The translations under genes and the position numbers were made by a program. From Anthoceros angustus (taxonomy: Eukaryota; Plantae; Anthocerotophyta), in the NCBI GenBank assembly GCA_010909165.1, contig MU008160.1, forward strand, positions 2,170,001-2,234,000: 64,000 nt of DNA. Direction: 5' to 3'. Positions 12,155 through 25,799 of this stretch are shown here, one piece after another. Position 1 is the stretch's first letter, and every line of letters starts with the position of its first letter. Under the pieces are notes generated by a model. It had not been told where the DNA came from, made no database searches, and saw only the letters and a list, made by a program, of their open reading frames with translations.

Positions 12155-13318
12155 ACCAGCTCTATCGATCCATTTAGCCTGATTCTAGAATGCTATTAGC
12201 ATAGATAATTTATCTAATCACATAATACAAAAATCTCTCTCAGAGGAATGTGTGATTGTGTGACTAGTAATTCATCTTTGCCTGCACTCTAGATAGTGTT
12301 ATTATATTCTAAATTAAATGGGATTGTAAATGAGTCTGTGGATTCTACATCATGACGCGGAGATGTGGGCGACGTCCTGATGAGCCCTTCTCACAATTTT
12401 GTGGGTAGGCAGCACAGGAATCGTCCACAGCAAGTTGAGCATCAAGGTGGTCGGCGGTGGGTGCATTCTCAACGCCAGCGTCGTCACTGGACATCACCTC
12501 CTCCAACGACAAGATCCCACCAGCTCAACTTGGAGGAGAGAGCCCCATCTCCGCACTCCCTACAAGACTCCGGAGTAAGAATTCCCAATAGATTGCGACA
12601 CACGCACTCAACACACAGATCTGAAGGAAGGTTTAACACCTGGCTCAACACGGATCTCAGTCGGAAGCTTTGCGCATGAGAGTTACCAGCGCTGAGGAGA
12701 TCCTTCTCGCACAAGTCTGCAGAGGACAATCTCTTTTGCTTAACAGAAGAACGCTTTTCGTGGTGCACGATTTGCCTGCAGTGTTCAATTCACTCGCCGC
12801 CTCACCTTGAGATTGGAGCGCAAATTGGACCTTTGTCTGCACGAGCTCCGCTGGTTGCCACCTACTTGCCGACCTTGGTGCCTACACGCGAGGACCCATC
12901 CATGGCGTCGTAGTGTGGGCGATCAGATCCAGAGGGGCGCGCCGACTGGGATCCCAGCCTTCAACCTCGGAGGGGATCACAAGTAGGTGCAGAAAGTGCA
13001 CAGACACCAGACCCCAATCAGCACCTTTGCCTAGGTTGACGGTTGATGAGTCCTGCCACCTGTCGTAAATTCATGATCACCTGTGGCGTTTCATGTTAGT
13101 TTGCACATTTTCGTATCTAACCTAAAGCGATCGAGTAACGCCACGACTTTTTAGATGTCGTTTCATTTTCTCTCATGTCGTATGACTTGGGTTACTGCTT
13201 GGGGATTCGAGGGGACTTTGGATGAGGATTTAGCCACGATCTCCTTTCTTCAATCCTGCAGCCTCAATTCCTCGTGATTCAACCCTCCCCACATTTAGAG
13301 TACCATCTCCTCGTTAAC

Positions 13319-16300
13319 ATGGGTTCCGCTGCTCGGCATTATATTCGGTGAATTCAAAGAAAAGATCGCTTGATGGCAAACTGTTACTTAGAGCTGAGAG
13401 CACGAATGCAAGCAACCAACGCGAGGGATGTTTGGGAGTACGCGATGGGAGCATCGCCAATCCACACTGGTCCCATCTACAATGCAAATCAACCAACAAT
13501 GTATGAGAAGGCGAATGGGACAAAGGGAACAAAGTAGCTTTCGCCATCTTGCCGTCTGGTCGGATGCTGAACTGTCATTGAGGTTGAGTTCCTGCACAGC
13601 ATGCTGCAACTCGACTCAAATTTGACACGCATATGTACAATGTGTGTACCTGATGAATCACAAGGATTTCCACTGCTCGTGATAAGGAAGGAGACCTCGT
13701 GGACCCGAGTGGAATTACCAAGTTGAGGCTTCAAGGAGCACAATTAGCTGCGCTAGGTGCCAAGATCATTGAGGTCAAAATGGTTGCCCAGCTGTTTACT
13801 GCCTTGCCCTCATCCTACCAAACGTTTATCTCCTGATGAATTGCCCTCTCTCTCACTGTATGCCGCTGAATCAACCTTATAACCTCGAACTCCGAACATC
13901 GTGTTGGGGCCTCTCAAGAGGAAGCCAAAGACACAAACCAGTGTCGTGGCCTTTGAGCAAGAGGAGAAAAGGTTCTTTATGGCAAGCCGCTTTAGAAAGG
14001 GAAGGGGAAAGAAGAAGACTCACCACAGCCTCAGCGGTTCGTGGCTCGAACTCATCTCCTCCATCAAACGGTGGTACGCGGCAGTAATTGGTGCCAAATT
14101 GCTGGTCACTGGGAGAGGGACTGCCGCAAGAAAAAGTCTGGAGACCCAAAGAAGGATCCTCGACCTGAAGCACATGTTGCTGCCAAGGACAAGGGATCTT
14201 CTCCACACAAAGCAATTATGATCATTCTGTAATAAGAATGCTGGCCGTCGATCCACAAACTCTTGGTTTATAGATTCTGGTGCTACGTCTCATGTCTGTA
14301 ATAACAAAGACTGCTTTTACATAATCAAAATGTATGTCCCAAAGACAAATATTATGGGGACTCTGAGGCATAGACGACGGGAATGGCTACATTCTACCTT
14401 ACCTTGGGATGGGTCCGAAATCTGTCGGAGGATGTTCTCTATGTCCCCGCCATGTCGAAAAATTTGCCGGGCCATTAGGGCACGACTAACTGGAAAGTAT
14501 GGTTTCTCCTTTGAGCATAAGTGCTGTCAGATGACCCGGCCCTGCACTGGAAAGTGTATTGCTAGAGGTCACCTTGGTAAATGAGCTATACCGCGAACCT
14601 CGTCACCGACGCAAGCTTATGTTACCTCAACCACCTCTGAAGCAAGTCTTTGGCATGCTAGGCTTGGACATGTAAATAGGGAAAAGTTGAACCTTATGTC
14701 TTCACTGGACATTTACAGGGAGAAACTGCCCTCCTATTTCAAGCAGCTGCCTGTCTGCCAGTCTTGTGTCCTCTCAAAGCAGAAGGAGCTTCCCTTCAAA
14801 AACAAACAGGCACAGAGGGCTCCGGCAGTGCTGGACCTCATACATGCTGACATTGCTGGCAAGCTGCAGGTTAAGTCACTGGGTGGCGCAGAGTATTATC
14901 TCACCTTAACGGACGATTACTCTCGCTACACTTGGGTCTTCCCACTCCAAGAGTGATGCTTGAGTGTATAGAAACCTCGATTTCTATGGTACATGCAGGA
15001 CAAACCGGTAATCCGTGAAGTGCTTTCGATCGAAATAGCGGGGAGTTCTGGTCGCCAATATGATGTGCTATTTGCAGCTCATGGATCATTCGCCAGCTTG
15101 CCATTCCATACTCAACAAACGAGTAGCCGAACGAAGAACCAGAGACTGATGGGTATGACAAGGAGCATGCTTGGATGGGCGGTTTGCCCAATACCTCAAG
15201 GTGCCCTTACTCATGACTCTACATACTTAATGTGAGTTCCTCGACAACTTCATTACCTGGCAAAACTCCCTATGAGGCGTTCTGGAAGAAGAAGCCCACT
15301 TTGTCAAGATCATGGGTGTTCGGCTCCACAGCATATGCATATATTCCTAAACAGAAGAGGCGCAAGTTAGATGACAGGGCTAGGCCCTTGCTTTTTCTTG
15401 GCTATTCAGAAGTTTCAAAGGCATATAACCTGTATGAGCCTGCAACCCATAAGGTGGTGTTGGCACGTAGTGTTACCTTGACGAGCTTACCCAAGGGCAA
15501 ATATATTTCGGACAGATACTACGCCTCCTCACCGCAGAGTTACAAGTACATGAAGAGACCAAAGCTTAGTCATACTTGATGCAGCAAACCAAGTTTCACC
15601 TCAACACGTGGTTCAACAACCAGCAGTGAATTACCCTGATTCAGATGGCGAGGACTTTCTACCTGCCATGTCTTGAGGATCAGGAGATCCTCGCAATGAC
15701 CCACATGTTGACCGAGGTTTCTTGACCGAGATGAATATTCGATTCCATGTGTTCTCGAGATCCGATGAAATAGCCGAATTATCAGATGGTGAATTCCCGA
15801 CTGTCCAAGCAGTGGGAGTACCGCACGCAGCCCACTGCGTGGTTGATGAACCCATATCCTACACGTGGCTTAATGCTCACGTGAGCACCGGATAACCACT
15901 TTACCGTGCACTTGATTTTCGACGAGGCTCTCAAGCTCATGTTGCAGACTTCACCGTACCTGAAGTTCGCCCAGACCCACAAACGTATGAAGAGGCTATT
16001 AATGGCCCTGATGGCCCTCACTGGCGCACTTCAATAGATGATGAGTATGCTTCACTCTTAAAAAACAACACCTGGGAGCTCGTGGACTTACCTGAAGGCA
16101 GGAAGCCCATTAGCTGCAAATGGGTGTTTAAGACGAGTTGAAAGGGGATGGACCCATCGCTAGATACAATCTACCGGGTTGCTCGTGGATTTAGCCTTCC
16201 GGCATAGATTATGGTGACACTTTCTCACCAGTAGTAAAGCCACCTTCTGTTCGGATTCTCTTGGCTATGGCAAGAGGCATCCGGAGGTACAACAAATGGA

Positions 16301-17460
16301 TGCACCGCCTTTTGTGCATGGGGAACTAGAAGAGACCTCGTATACGCAACAAATTACACAAGGGTACATCACAAACAAATGTAAGTGCAAGTCGTTGAAA
16401 ACGATATATGGTCTTAAAATAATCACCCGGTACATGTTTTGATAATGATCTTCAAGAAGCTTGGTTTCCTCGGTCCCGCAGAGCACTAATGTTTTTACTC
16501 CGATGGCTCATGCTCACATTCTAGCTCTTTATGTTGACGACTGTGTGCTTCTTAGTAATAGTACTGAATAGCTTGATAAGGTGAAGGACATGCTGCGCAA
16601 GGAATTCGAGATGACCGACCAGGGTGATCTACATTGCCCTCGTTGCATATGATCCTCACCGATCCCATGGTCAGGTCACATTACATCAAACAAGTACATT
16701 ACGGAGATACTTAAAGGTTTCACTGAACGAGGTAAAGATTCAGAGCCACTCTCCAGTGGGAGAAACTTACGCCGCCATGTCCCTCGTAATGAACGTGAAC
16801 TTGAGGACATGCAACTTGTTCCTTGCGCAGGCGGGCTATCGCTCGATCTTTTAACCGACAAGACTGACATTGCCATTTTACCTCGATGGTCTCACAGTTT
16901 TTGAAGTCTCCTCGGACGGCGTGATTGGGCAAGCGTCAAGAGGATTTACAGATATCTAAAAGGTACCATCTCATATGGTCTGCAATACACCAACAGTGGG
17001 AGTAACAAGCTAGAACTTATCTCATATGCCGATGCCGATCGGGCCTCTGGCGCGACACCGTGAAGAGTCTGTCTGCATCCGCTTCCTTTGGTGTCCGTAC
17101 TATCACCGGAGCTCAGAAGCACTTCCTCGTAACTCCTGCTCACCGCCGAGTATAAAGCTCTCACCGATGCCTCGCAGGTCGAGTGAGAGACAGCCGGAGT
17201 CGATGAATCAAGACAAAGTCCAACACCGCTATGTGACAACATGAGCGCACTGTCTTGTCTCCAACCCTAGGTTTCATGCCGTAACCAAGCATATAGAACT
17301 CTATCATCACTACATTAGGGACACAAATTGAACGGGACATAGTCAAGGTTGAGTATGTTAGCACACATTTAAATACTGCAGACATATTTACCAAGGGCTT
17401 CCCAAAGCCAAACACTTTCAAGACATGGCCGCTTTTAGGTCTCAAGGAGTTCATCCCTAG
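13319..17460 (+). pseudogene. Copia gag-pol polyprotein (many frameshifts)
   Basis: Zinc knuckle NWCQIAGHWERDC (~14070-14130); protease WFIDSGATSH (~14265); LWHARLGH (~14650); integrase LDLIHADIAG..TDDYSRYTW; TPYEAFWKKKP; RT LKNNTWELVDLPEGRKPISCKWVF (~16060); RNase H YADAD (~17025) to ADIFTKG (~17385). Confidence 0.93.
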
Positions 17461-18440
17461 CATGTCTCAATGCTACATTCTCGTGGAGGACCTGCACTAG
17501 CCTCTAGGGTTTGTGCACACCACAATCGAGAGGTCTCGCCTTGGTGGCTCATGCCACAACCATTAGGCCCCAGTCTTCACGAGGTGCCACCCTAGGTTCA
17601 AGTCCATTCTGCACAGGTCACAGCCTTTGGTCAGTCACATGTCTGCTTAGAGGATGAAGCTCAATGAAAATTCTAGGCGTAAGCAGCACATGGTTTAGGT
17701 AGGAATTTACTTACAGGGTAGAGCTTTTTGCCGCACAGGGGGCACAGCCTGCTTCTGTAAGCACACACACTACAGTCTCTAGAACCACGACGCCTTACTC
17801 TATTCACCTCAATGTCGTCAAGAGCTTCATTCATGCAGCTAGTTTCTTCCACACCTCTACGCCCCCGCCTGCCCCGCCACCTCAAGCTTTTATGTCCGTA
17901 AGCTTCTCTCCTGCGCAAGTGTTGCAAACATGGGGCCACACTGTGCAGAGCGATGTGAGGTCTTCGAGAGCACGAGCTCTTGCCACGAGGGCTGCCTCCA
18001 CTTCTCCCTCACCGCCTTGAGTTGGGCATGTATGATGTTTGTGCATGCTCGCTTTGAGGCGCCGGAGATTCTGGCCCAGTCCAACTTATAAGCTGGAACA
18101 CCGTGGCGGCGAGGGTGTCGGCCGGCCAGGCTATTATGAGCGCAGCGCCACGGCCGGAATCACTCTTCGTTGCCAAGCGCCACGCCTGCCCGGCCCCGGC
18201 CGGCGCTTGCCTCCTTCCCATTGGTGCGCCTGGAGCCATGCTGGGAGAATTGCCGCGTGGAGCCTGAGTGGGTCCTCGTTCTTCGTTGTGTTACCGCCGC
18301 CTTAAAGGTGTAGTACCTACGCCTTAAGAGGGCTTAAATGGAGAACTCCATGAAAGCGCACGTGTTCAAGAGGGGAGTAGCTGGGCGTAATGCTATGTAA
18401 TGATGCTCTATTCAAACCTATGGTTGCATAAGCTATGTAG

Positions 18441-18452
18441 GTTTAGTGGGAG
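18441..18452 (+). promoter_or_regulatory. Polypurine tract
   Basis: GTTTAGTGGGAG abuts the 3' LTR start TGTTG. Confidence 0.85.
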
Positions 18453-18611
18453 TGTTGGGGATAAAACCCTACCATAGCTTGTACTACAGTTAATATACTT
18501 CAGTTAAGTAGTTAACCCAAGAGACACATTAACAATTTTGTATATAAGAGCACCTTTCTCTTTATTAATTAATGCTTTTGTTTTACAAGCACGCTTCCGC
18601 GTTTATTAGCA
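18453..18611 (+). repeat. 3' LTR of the full-length Copia
   Basis: Direct repeat of 11985-12142, followed by the TSD AAGAC. Confidence 0.96.
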
Positions 18612-19830
18612 AAGACCAAGAACCGCGAGGAATTGAGCGAAAAGGGTGATCGGGCGGGAAGGGCTTGCAAAACAATTGGGACTGGAGCGAGAAGGTCCCA
18701 GAGGAGGAGCACCACAAGAAGGTGGATAGGATGTCAGTGGTGAGGAAGAGGCGATTTTGGGCGACTATGCCCTTCAAAGCACCCAACCAAAAGTGAAGCG
18801 AGGAGGAGAATGTGACCTCCATGTCAAGGTGGGAGAATTGACCACCGCGAGAGACGCCCACAAGGGTAGGTGTGAAGATGGAGAGTGGCCCACGGAGATT
18901 GATGATCTCCAAATGCATCATAGCTTGGGGCTCACCTCCACAATAGATTTTGAAGGCCAACAATGAAGGTGCTACTTGGCCAAGAGGAGGACATTGGGTC
19001 CTCATGATGATGATGAAGGAGCAAGAAGTGCTGAGGCCCCGATTTTGACGAGGCTAAGACATGGACTGAGGAACTGGGAGCCTGGAAGGTGGAGAAGGAG
19101 CAGCACCAGAGCAAAAGGATGGCGGAGAGCAAGGAGGGGGACCCTCAGGGGTCACCCTACCACGTAGGTCCCACCACGGTCCGCTGACTACCGTAGACAA
19201 CCACGCCCGTAGTCCGCCAGACCACCGGGCAGCCGCAGCGGGCTGTTGGGAGCCGCCGCGAGGCCCCGGCCGGGAGGAAGGAGCCGGGGCCGTGACACAC
19301 CCCCAGAAGGAGAGGAGGTGGGGAGACAACCCACCGGAGGAGACCAAGGACGGGTCCACCCGAGGAAGGGAGGGTAGGAGAAGTTCCCTCACCACGAAGG
19401 GAAGAGCCAGGCTGGAGAAGACCAACGCAAAAGGCCCGAGAAGTTAGACATAGGTCAAATTGGGGAAGAAGACTTTTGAAAATGCTCCATGATAGGTATG
19501 GACAACCAAACAGAGGAAGAGCAAGGAGATCTCCACCCAAGAGACATCACCGAGAAGAAGGAGAAGAAGGAGAAGGATCGACCACCATGGTAGGTAGTCA
19601 CCACCGTAGTCCGCGACACACCGCCGTAGGGGCGCGAGGCGGAAAAGGAGGCGGCGGAGGGGGAGGCGCCGGAGGACCGGAGGAATCAGGCCACCCCGCG
19701 AGATGGAGGAAGGGGCAAGATTGTACTTGCCCCACACATAGGAAGATGACAAGGACCGGGAAGGCAAGAGCAAAAGGAGGGCGAGGGAGCCAATCCACAA
19801 CGCCCTACCCCAAAGGTGAAGACTAGATAT
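18612..19830 (+). pseudogene. Family F ORF2, 3' part and palindrome-bearing tail (copy D)
   Basis: HH...VVRKRRFW..YALQ, AHLHN and RRTLGPHDDD match the ORF2 C-terminal half. CTACC/GGTAG words at ~19157 and ~19585. Confidence 0.72.
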
Positions 19831-20025
19831 GGTCAAAGACCATAAATGATGAGAGGAAGAATAGAAAGGATAGTGATGTAATCGACATCCTTTAAGGATG
19901 ATCTTAGGTGAAGTTACTAGAATAGAATTTACCAAGGATCGACAATAGATTAGGTGCCGAAATGTCAAGGTAGGAAATAATAGAATATTGGAAAAGGTGA
20001 CCGCAGAGGGTCACCCAAGGGAGGT

Positions 20026-20855
20026 TGTATGTGGAAGGCCTCCTATAAGAGGAGGAGGATTTCACAAAGTAAAGTATCATCGCCTCATGCCCACTCATCG
20101 AGTCCTTTGCCATTACAGAGGAATTTCGGTTTACCGTGAGCCAACGCAGTGTAGAGAGGAAGTCGCGTGGTCGGAGTGTTGGTGGAGGACTTGCTCGCAA
20201 GTGCCTAAACGAGTTGCTCCCTTGTGAATGGTTTGTGAAATTGCTTTGCTTTGGGTGTGTGGCAATGCCTGTGAACTCGGCTTGAGGGTAGACTACAGTG
20301 AAGACTCGAGGTTCTGTCGTGTCAAACTCATAGCAACCGCCCAAGGAAGAACTTGCTGGTGGAGGCCGACCCTGTGCCAGCTGTAAAGGGCTAGCCAAGA
20401 AGCCCGAATCGAGGTTAGAATAGGAGGAAGAGGATGAGGAGATGAGTAGAGGATTAGAGGTGTAGGTGTTAGTGGAAGGCCATGTGCAGCCTAAGGGACG
20501 AATCCCAACTGCAAAAGAGCGCCCCGAGTGGAGAAGAGTGGTCTTAGAAGTAGGGACGAAATTGCGGTGTGGATCTGGGGTCCCCTGGGATAGGCTCGCC
20601 GGCGACCGCAATTGTGGTCGCTGTAGGTCGAGGATTGGTGATTTTTCAAGTAGTGCAAGTGAAAATGCAAGAGGGTGAGTAGAGGGCGCCTTGCTCATTT
20701 AGAAGGTCGAGAAGTTGTGTCTCTGCGGTGTGATGATCGGTCCATATTCGAACTTTCCACAGTCTCATGGGGCGAAAACCCAACTGACGGCGGCGGTCAG
20801 TGATAAGTGTGGCCGCTAGAGTGGGAGGATCGGAAGCCGGGTTTTCCCTACCACA
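20026..20855 (+). repeat. Family F LTR (copy D, 3' LTR)
   Basis: PPT AAGGGAGG (20017-20024), start TGTATGTGG, TATA CCTATAAG, end ...CTACCACA. Homologous to 37839-38734 (-) and 52610-53256 (-). Confidence 0.8.
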
Positions 20856-23800
20856 CGAGCCTATCTAGAACTCGCCCCGCGGACCTCAAGATGTGAGTAA
20901 GCCCACGTTTGAGCGCCTGCCGTGGGTTCAATTTTTAGATGCGGTGACACGCTGGAGGCAAGCCCGGACCTACCTTTACCGGGGTTCTACCAGAGATGGC
21001 GTAAGTTTGTGCTCGCCGAGGGACGCAGTCGTTAGGAGGCTCGCATGCACGCGGCGCACCATGTGACCTACACCAACGTCGGCGGTTGAGTATCCCTAGG
21101 ATGACGGATGAGGAGAAGTTGGATCGGTACTCCCGTGGCGAAGCATGCGATGCGGAAGGATGTGGTGATGCATAGTGCAAGACATTCGAGAGGCGCGGGC
21201 AATGATCCTTGTATCACGAGTTTGAAAGGCTGGGTACAAGCCAACTGGGGCTCGGGTCGAGGGGGAGGCCACTCCGATGGAGCTCTGACGATTCGAGGCA
21301 TTCCGTGGGCGGTCTATACGCCACGCAGTATGGGGACATCGGCGCCGCGGCGCAGAACTCCCGCACGCAGGAGTCGGACGTGACGAGGAAGGCGGTTCCA
21401 TAACAATCGGAGGAGGTAGTGAAGTGAACCTTGCAGCAGGCGGGCGTTGCCGGCATGGAAAGCGGGGGCCCCTGATGGGTCGCATGTTGGAGGGGCACCT
21501 GGCCGGGCAGCGGTAAGCCTCGATACGACAATTATTCAGGGGGCCATATCAGCAGGGATACCTTGCGAATATTTGATCGATTGCGGTGCGAGTACTAATT
21601 TCTGTCCCATTGTTTTGCAAGGAAGGCGGTGCTGGATCTGGCAGCCTGTGGTGCAATTAGCCAGCTACACACAGCCTTGGCCCGTAAACCTACGGATGGG
21701 AGGCGTCAAGGTGAGCGACTCCAGGTGGTAAGGTTAGATTTCAGAAGGTTTTGACCACGAGCATGCGGAGGAGCATCAAGAAGAGGGGGATGACTGTTGT
21801 CATCAAGGCCTCGAACTTTCACACAAGTCTCATGGGACGAAACCCAACGACGGGCGACAAAGGGATAAGTGTGGCCGCTTAGAGTGGGAGGATCTCGAAG
21901 CTCCGGGTTTTCCCTACCACACGAGCCTCCTTAGAACTTCGCCACGGACCCTCAGTTATGTGAGAGTAGCGCCACGTTTCTTAAGGGAGCCGCCTGCTAT
22001 GGGGGTTCAATTTTAGATGCAGTGACACGCGGAGGCAATCGGACCTACCGGCCGAGTTCTTAAGGTATGGTGCGCTAAGTTTGTTCTGCCGAGGGACCAT
22101 GGTCGTTAGGAGAAGCTCAGCATGCCTGCAGTCAAGACACTAATCAGAGGCACCCACACCACCGAGTGCTCGGCTGGTAATGAGTATATCCTAGGATGAC
22201 GGATGAGGAGAAGTTGGATCGGTACCCTGTACCAAAGCATGCAGGAAGGATGTGGTGATGCACGCCAAGTGCAAGACATTCGAGGAGATCATGATGCGCC
22301 AGCTGACTGCATCACGAGTTTAGCATGGGTACAAGCCAACCAGGACGCCTGGGCAAGTGGGGAGGCCACTCCGATGGAGCCCTACGCATTCAGCATTCAA
22401 AGTGCTATACCGCTAACAAGTATCGCCCGCGATCGCCCATGTAATTTACTCGAGGAGCTGGACGTGGAGGGAAGCGGTTCCATAACAACGGAGGAGGTAA
22501 CCGTAAGGAACCTTGCACGGGCGTTGCCTGCATTGAAACGGGCCCCTGCCAGCAGTGAGGGGGTCGCATGTTGGGCGGGGGCCGACTTGGTCAGATCAAA
22601 ACGGCCAAGCCTCGAGATACCATAATTATTCACAAAGGTATATCAACGGATACCTTCCCGAATCTTGATCGATTGCGGAAGTAGTACTAATTTCCGCCCC
22701 ATTGTTTTGTAAGGAAGGCGTGTTCGATATCCGGGTGCACCTGTAATGTGCAATTAGCTAATGGCTAACTACACACGCCCGTAAACCTACCATGGGAGCG
22801 ACTGTGAAAGGGTGAGCAATTCGCGGGTGGTAAGGTTAGATTCGAAGGTTTCACCACGAGCATGCGGAGGAGCATCAAGAAGAGGGAGGCACGGATGACC
22901 TCGCTTGTCATCAAGGAGAGGCTCGCCCTACGACGACGACAAGCTTGGCCCTCAAGGTGATGCTGGGATTACTCAAATCATGACCGATTTCCGGGGCGCC
23001 TTGTCAACACCTGCGCGGGGTTGCCACCATCCGTGAGTGTTGACCATCGGATTGAGCTTGTGCATGATTTCATAAACCCCCATCGAATTATACCTGATGT
23101 CCCCGTTGGAAATTCAGAGTCAACTTTGCGGTGGAAGAGTTGCTCACGCTAAAAGGGCTATAAGACCTTCCAAATCGCCATATGGGGCACCCATTTTGTT
23201 TTCGCGTAAGAAGAACTAAGTTACGCATGTGTATTGACTATCGGGGGTTGAACAACCTCACTAAGAAGAATACATTTCCTCTCCCTCGCATTGATGAATT
23301 GTTGAGGGATCGGCAGGGGGCCCGCTACTTCTCAAAGTTGGACTTAGGTAGTGGCTACCATCGATCGTGATTGCTGCGGAGATGAGGAGAAGACGGCCTT
23401 ACTGTGTATGGCCACTATGAGTGGCTTGTTATGTCGTTTGGCATGACAAACGCCCCCGATCATTCCAAACGCCATGAACGATGTTTTCATGGCCTAATCA
23501 ACAAAGGTATTTTGGTCTACCTTGATGATACACCGTTTATGGTAGGGATAGGGCGAGCACCAGAACCTACGCGAGGCCCGCTACCGCTCGAAGCATCAGC
23601 TGTATGTCCAAGCCTCAAGTGTGAGATACTACGGTGGTAGAGTATCTTGGGCACATTGTCGAAACCTAAGATTCGCCCACTCCAACCAAGGTGGTGGTCC
23701 GAGAATGGCCACTCCATCACAAACACGTGATGTACAAAGTTTTCTTGGCCTCGCATCTTACTATAGAAAATTTATCTTGGGTTTCGCTTAAGATGCACTG

Positions 23801-25799
23801 CTGACGCCTTATTGCGTTAGGGGTGGCATGGCGTGGGGAGGCGAGGAGGCCGCCTGCATCAAGCGGCGCCACCACCGCCCCCGCCCCTGCATACCGACCC
23901 GTCCGTGCCATTTATCATTACCACAGACGATCCGATATTGTCAGAGGCCATTCTACAGGACAAGGAAAGGGCCGTAGCCTACCGGAAGCTTAAGGGCCCG
24001 AACTCAATTGGACGACAAGCGAGAAGGAGACGCTAGCCTGTGTACTCGCATTAAAATCGGGCGTTGTTTTCTTGAAGGGGTAGCTTTGACCTCGAGATGC
24101 ACCAACGCTTGTTTACTTACGCATACAGCATCTCTCTCAGCCCCGTGGCTTGAATTGCTAGCATTTCGTGATACTATCCGTTATGTCAAGGGCGGCGAGA
24201 ATCAGTCGATGCCCTTAGTCGATTGCGACTAATACTCACACGAGGTACAGTCCAGCCAACTGCACGTGAGACTGTGAGGCCCTTAGCGATCACACCGCGG
24301 CGCATCCAAGGCGATTCAGAGGGCTCCAGATTGGCAAATCGCTGGATGGTTTATCGCGGTATAGGCCGCTTGTTTGTCCCCAACCGCCACATATCCACCC
24401 AAATCATTGAGAGGCTCATAATTCCCTCCGCCGGCCATCAAGGTGTTCACAGGACCACACCCCTCGCTCAATACCCTACTTTTGGCCTTTTACTCAACGA
24501 CGTCATGACCACGTCACTTTATGCTCCATCAAGATAACAAGCCTTGAGGTACACGCCTTCTCCAACCCTTGCTGGCCCTCCGATGCCTTGGGAGCAGTGA
24601 CTCTTGATTTCATCACCCACTCCGCGGACGACAAAGGCTTTTAATGCTATTATTGTGTTCACCGATAAGCTCACCCGCCACGCCCTTCTTCATCCCACGC
24701 AGATACCTACGGAGGAGACCGCCGACATCTTTCTTAAGGTTGTCTATCGTGCTCATGGCTTACCCCGATCTCTTGTAAGTGATCGCGATCCCTCGCTTCA
24801 CATCCGAGTTCGGCGTGATACATGCGGACTTCAAACCAAACTCGCTTTCTCCACGCCTTCCACCCCTCGAATCGACGGGCCACCAAACGGCCAACCGTGT
24901 TCTTGAAGATATGTTGCGTATATCCGGCACTCATCGTGACCAATGGGCCACCTATTTGCATTTTATGAGTTTGCCTACAACAACGCCCCCAGCCACTGTG
25001 TCTCCCTGCCTCTTCAACAAAGGCTTCCACCACGACTGCCTCCGCCTCCCTCCTCACTCCGTCTCACACGGAGTTCCCTGCCGCCTCACCATTCAACAAC
25101 AAGCTCGCCCCGCCCATGAGGCCCGAACCGTGTGCTCAGATGCACTGCCACCGCACTCTCTTCGTGTCACATTATGTCCGCTCTCGCCCCGCCACCTTCC
25201 CCTCTCTCTTGGTTTGCAAGCTCTCCCTGCCTAGGTCCCTATCACCAAGCACAAGTTGGCCTCCTTGCTTTTGAGCTCACCTCCCTCCCCACCGCTTGCA
25301 TCCTGCTTTTCACGCCTCTCTCCTCAAAACCATTTCATGGTTCCCTCCCCTATCCCCTCGCCTCTATCCCCACCATACACGGGCCCGGTCAGTCGAAGCT
25401 ATTTTCGTCCATCGCCTTGTGGTAAATCGCTACCAATTCTCGGTCCTCCTGGAAGGGGTATCCCTCACCGATGCCACTTGGGAACCCCTGTCTCACCTTC
25501 TGAGCGCCCCCAGGCATCTTGCGCTTCACCAACACCACCTTCCTTCCTCCCTTAGGTGGTGAGCTTCTTCTTCCCGGTGAGTTGTCACGACCCATGCCTA
25601 ACCATGACCTAGCCCGATCTCGAAAGCATAGTAACTTGAATCACGGGCCGTAGGATACGCGCCAAGTAGACGCGAGCGTGGCCCGTGATTGCATTCTTTC
25701 TCTCTTGTATAAAAGCAGCTCGGCTTAAGCAAATGATCTTTTGTTGTGTGGAACCACTCCCGGTGTAGGTCCGCTCGGCCTAGTCCCATGACCATCACA
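20856..25799 (+). mobile_element. Ty3/gypsy chromovirus: gag-PR-RT-RH-IN-chromodomain-3' LTR, with gag/PR duplicated at ~21808
   Basis: gag MTDEEKLDRY (21100, 22195); protease LIDCGASTNF (21575, 22665); [30 protein letters not shown] and YLDD; integrase HGLPRSLVSDRDP; chromodomain RYQF..WKGYP..DATWEPLSHL (25430-25510). Confidence 0.93.
25583..25799 (+). repeat. Chromovirus 3' LTR
   Basis: Starts TGTCACGACCC right after the chromodomain; contains TGTATAAAAG; end approximate. Confidence 0.8.

Larger units (their letters stand above)
11985..18611 (+). mobile_element. Full-length Ty1/copia retrotransposon (6627 bp) inserted in family F ORF2
   Basis: LTRs at 11985-12142 and 18453-18611; AAGAC TSD at 11980-11984 and 18612-18616; PBS TGGTATCAGAGC; PPT AGTGGGAG; domain order gag-PR-IN-RT-RH. 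Confidence 0.97.

Noticed and set aside
19904-20698. 264-aa minus-strand ORF as a protein-coding gene
   Set aside because: It lies antisense within the family F LTR/PPT region, and homologous LTR copies do not keep the frame.
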